A stretch of DNA of 64,000 nt, from positions 147,648 to 211,647 of the forward strand of contig JAJYLR010000001.1 of NCBI GenBank assembly GCA_021787535.1. Reading direction: 5' to 3'. The position numbers were made by a program, and so were the translations under genes. The stretch comes from a bacterium (GTDB lineage: Bacteria; Patescibacteriota; CPR2; UBA1875; JAJYID01). The notes below the pieces were generated by a model. That model ran no database searches. It saw only the letters and a program-made list of their open reading frames with translations, and had not been told where the DNA came from. Shown piece after piece: positions 61,117 to 64,000 of the stretch; the stretch's first letter is position 1; every line of letters begins with the position of its first letter.

Positions 61117-62036
61117 CGCAGAAAAGCAAGAAGATTATTGCTATAGACATCGGCGGGACAAATATACGGATAGGTCTTGTTGATTCACTTGGTAATCTTG
61201 AGAAAAATACCAAGTTAGACAAGCCCGACATCAGCCAGGTTCCAGATTTGATAATTTCAACAATCAAGGATTTGTTTACCAAATCAGAACTGGAAAACAC
61301 CTCCTGTATCGCAGTCAGTACAGCCGGCCGAGTCGACAATGAAAAAGGATTAATAGAATGCCCGACTATAGGCAAGGGTGTATTACCGCTTGGCAGAGAC
61401 TTAAAAGAAGTATTTGGGAAAGAAGTTATCTTAATCAATGATGCGAATGTGGCGGCATACGGTGAGTACTCTAAAATAAAAGATAAGACTCAAAACCTGG
61501 TTTATGTAACAATTTCGACAGGAATCGGCGGAGGTGCCATAGTAGACGGTTACTTAATCCAAAACAACGCAGTAGAAATAGGACATATCGTTGTCAAAGA
61601 AGAGGATTATAAACTTTTTTGCAATTACGGACATGAAAATTGCTGGGAGGCATTTGCATCAGGCAATGGCATCCCCCATTTTTTCAAAGCATGGGCAAAA
61701 AAACAAAAAATTACCGCAGAAAACTATTCAGCCGCTGGAGAGATATTTGAGGCAGCCAAAAAGGGCGGACAAACAGAAAAGAAATTTCTTGAAAAACTGG
61801 GAGAATATAATAGCCGAGGCATTAGCATGATTATGGCAGCTTATAATCCTGACATAATTGTAATAGGCGGGTCTGTCGTGCGCCATAATAAAAATGAAAT
61901 TTTAAAACCGATGATGAAAAATATTCAAGAAATTTATAAATTACCTCAAATTATAGTGACTGAATCCGGCGACGAAGTTTGTCTTCTAGGTGCCGCCCAA
62001 TATGCTTTTGATAATTTAGTTAAGGAGAAAAAATGA
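61113..62036 (+). CDS. ROK-family sugar kinase (glucokinase/N-acetylglucosamine kinase-like)
   Basis: IAIDIGGTNIRIGLVD ATP motif; Cys/His zinc motif CNYGHENCWEAFASG. Confidence 0.75.
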   Translation: MTQKSKKIIAIDIGGTNIRIGLVDSLGNLEKNTKLDKPDISQVPDLIISTIKDLFTKSELENTSCIAVSTAGRVDNEKGLIECPTIGKGVLPLGRDLKEVFGKEVILINDANVAAYGEYSKIKDKTQNLVYVTISTGIGGGAIVDGYLIQNNAVEIGHIVVKEEDYKLFCNYGHENCWEAFASGNGIPHFFKAWAKKQKITAENYSAAGEIFEAAKKGGQTEKKFLEKLGEYNSRGISMIMAAYNPDIIVIGGSVVRHNKNEILKPMMKNIQEIYKLPQIIVTESGDEVCLLGAAQYAFDNLVKEKK

Positions 62037-62542
62037 GCAAGGAACAGCTTTTTGATCTAGTAGCCACTGCCATTATTCTAAAGGAGCCATTTGAGTCAGG
62101 CGCCAAGCCCAGATATTTGATTACTCAGCGCTCCGATGACGAAGAAACCTTTCCGGGACTTTGGACGGTTCCCGGTGGACATCTGGACGCGGAAGATATC
62201 ACAGCATTTCCAAAACAGACTGAGATTTACTGGTATAATTGCTTAGAGCGAGCCCTCAGACGCGAGGTAAAAGAAGAGTGCAATCTCAAAATTAAAAATA
62301 TCTGGTACCTGACATCGCTTGTTCGTTTGAAAGATGATGGACACGGCTCTATGGTTATCTCCTTCGTCGCTGACAACGCAGGCGGAAAAGTTGAAATCGG
62401 CGAAGATATGCAGGATTTTGCTTGGGTAACTTATGAGGAAGCTAAAAATTACAAACTATTCGACGGCATTTTAGAAGAATTCTATATGATTGAGAGAAAA
62501 CTAGCCGGTGAATGTGATGTTGAATGGGAAAGGATTAAATAA
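62033..62542 (+). CDS. Nudix-like hydrolase (box with insertion)
   Basis: GGHLDAE... RREVKEECNL partial Nudix box separated by ~20-aa insert. Confidence 0.45.
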   Translation: MSKEQLFDLVATAIILKEPFESGAKPRYLITQRSDDEETFPGLWTVPGGHLDAEDITAFPKQTEIYWYNCLERALRREVKEECNLKIKNIWYLTSLVRLKDDGHGSMVISFVADNAGGKVEIGEDMQDFAWVTYEEAKNYKLFDGILEEFYMIERKLAGECDVEWERIK

Positions 62543-63711
62543 TGCAAGATCCTATAGAAATGCATGAAAAACTGCGGGGCAAAATCATCATCAGCTCGAA
62601 AATCGAGCTAAACGAGGAGACTCTTCCTGTTGCCTATACTCCGGGCGTCGCCAAGGCGTCCGACGCCATCGCCAAAGACAAATCGCAGGTCAATCTCTTA
62701 ACCGGCAGACAAAACACCGTGCCGGTTGTTTCCGACGGCAGCGCGGTGCTGGGACTTGGCAACGTCGGTCCCGAGGCCGCCATGCCGGTAATGGAGGGTA
62801 AAGCGGCCATTTTCGCCCAGTTTGCCGGAGTCAATGCCGTGCCGATTTGTCTCGATACTCAAGACACCGAGGAAATTATTAAAATTGTGAAAGCTATGGC
62901 ACCCTCCTTTGGCGGGATTAATCTGGAGGACATCTCGGCGCCCCGCTGTTTTGAAATTGAAAAAAGATTAACCGAAGAGCTCGATATCCCGGTCTTTCAT
63001 GACGACCAGCACGGCACCGCCATCGTCGTTTTGGCGGGTTTAATAAATGCCTTAAAGGTAGTCGGCAAAGACAAAGGTGTAAAAATCGTCATCTCCGGCG
63101 CCGGTGCCGCCGGGATTGCCATTGCCAATCTCCTTTTTCATTATGGTTTTGAAAACCTATGCCTGTGCGACTCCCAAGGAATAGTCAGTAAAGAAAGAAA
63201 GGATTTAAGCGAGCATAAGAAAAATATAGTAGGAAGAGGCACTTCTCCCTGCAAGGAAGGCAGTTGCAATCTGGCGCTTAAAGGCGCGGATGTCTTGATC
63301 GGCGTATCAAAGCCGGGACAGTTTACCGCAGAAGATATAAAGACAATGAATCCCAACCCAATAGTTTTCGCCATGGCAAACCCTATCCCGGAGATTATGC
63401 CGGATGAAGCTCGAAAAGGCGGTGCGAGAGTAGTGGCAACCGGCCGAAGCGATTTTCCAAATCAGATTAATAATGCGCTCGTTTTCCCCGGCCTTTTTCG
63501 CGGACTTTTAGACAATGGCATTTCTAATGTAACTTCGGAAATTAAGGTAGCAGTGGCCGAAGCTATTGCGGCAATGATAGAAAAACCGACAACAGAGAAA
63601 ATTATCCCGTCAATTTTCGATCAAAGTCTAGTTCCCATAATCGCAAACTCTATGAAAGATTTTGATAAAAGTGGTAAAAGAAAGGTAAAATCAAATGTCC
63701 ATACCGCCTGA
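62542..63711 (+). CDS. NAD(P)-dependent malic enzyme (short form)
   Basis: LPVAYTPGVA, malic-enzyme NAD-binding GAGAAGIAIA, 389 aa. Confidence 0.85.
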   Translation: MQDPIEMHEKLRGKIIISSKIELNEETLPVAYTPGVAKASDAIAKDKSQVNLLTGRQNTVPVVSDGSAVLGLGNVGPEAAMPVMEGKAAIFAQFAGVNAVPICLDTQDTEEIIKIVKAMAPSFGGINLEDISAPRCFEIEKRLTEELDIPVFHDDQHGTAIVVLAGLINALKVVGKDKGVKIVISGAGAAGIAIANLLFHYGFENLCLCDSQGIVSKERKDLSEHKKNIVGRGTSPCKEGSCNLALKGADVLIGVSKPGQFTAEDIKTMNPNPIVFAMANPIPEIMPDEARKGGARVVATGRSDFPNQINNALVFPGLFRGLLDNGISNVTSEIKVAVAEAIAAMIEKPTTEKIIPSIFDQSLVPIIANSMKDFDKSGKRKVKSNVHTA

Positions 63712-64000
63712 AGGAAATAATCCTCCTCCTGAGAAATCAGAAAGAGAACTTCTGCTTGAAGAACTAGATAAAGTAAATGTTTTTATCAAACATTGGGGAC
63801 CTCTGTATCTGAGATTATTAGATCAAGGTGAAAATATCAGACAGGAAGCCAAGTTTCTTACTGATTCTAAAATAGAAGACGAGGAACATTTGAATCAGCT
63901 CTTAGAGCAATTCTACGATGTGATTGGCGAGGCAAGAAATATTGAGTCGGTCAAAAATGAATACCTGCAAAATCTTAACAGAAGAGTTGAGATTGAAGAG
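63695..64000 (+). CDS. hypothetical protein, 3'-truncated by window end
   Basis: open frame from ATG 63695 to window end overlapping malic enzyme stop. Confidence 0.25.
   Translation, partial: MSIPPEGNNPPPEKSERELLLEELDKVNVFIKHWGPLYLRLLDQGENIRQEAKFLTDSKIEDEEHLNQLLEQFYDVIGEARNIESVKNEYLQNLNRRVEIEE

Overview
The window is a 64-kb stretch of a small, low-GC bacterial genome, probably a reduced-genome Candidate Phyla Radiation (CPR) or Patescibacteria-like lineage; that placement is inference. The standard genetic code appears to apply, since genes end in TAA, TGA and TAG and there is no sign of UGA recoding. Nearly all genes lie on the + strand.

Genes are mostly housekeeping: tatD, iscS and iscU, trxA, mnmA, alaS, an ftsA-like gene, ruvX, mltG, obg, leuS, a yceD-like gene, rpmF, nusB, rnc, smc, rpsP, trmD, uvrB, nrdR, uvrA, uvrC, a yvcK-like gene, secG, mscL, thrS and a malic enzyme. 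There is also a cluster of four tRNAs plus one pseudo-tRNA, and one IS481-like insertion sequence.

Several accessory or atypical blocks interrupt the core genes:
- A GC-rich DEAH/HrpA-like helicase gene.
- An AT-rich two-gene island wedged between uvrA and uvrC.
- A compact operon of seven very small 2-TM and Cys-rich proteins next to nrdR.
- A GC-rich minus-strand gene followed by a protein with tandem CDP-alcohol phosphatidyltransferase domains.
- An orphan Phd/YefM-like and MazG-like gene pair.

The most striking signal is a family of miniature palindromic repeats. Each is a 24-90 bp hairpin ending in GAATGACA, often paired with tandem GGAAATTG-type octamer arrays. It occurs more than 20 times. 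Copies sit in almost every intergenic spacer and are also inserted in frame inside alaS, leuS, uvrB and uvrC.

Separately, leuS carries an internal insertion of about 165 aa with a perfect Nudix box. That is a Nudix hydrolase domain embedded in leucyl-tRNA synthetase.

All calls rest on reading the sequence and recalling protein-family motifs. No database search was run.
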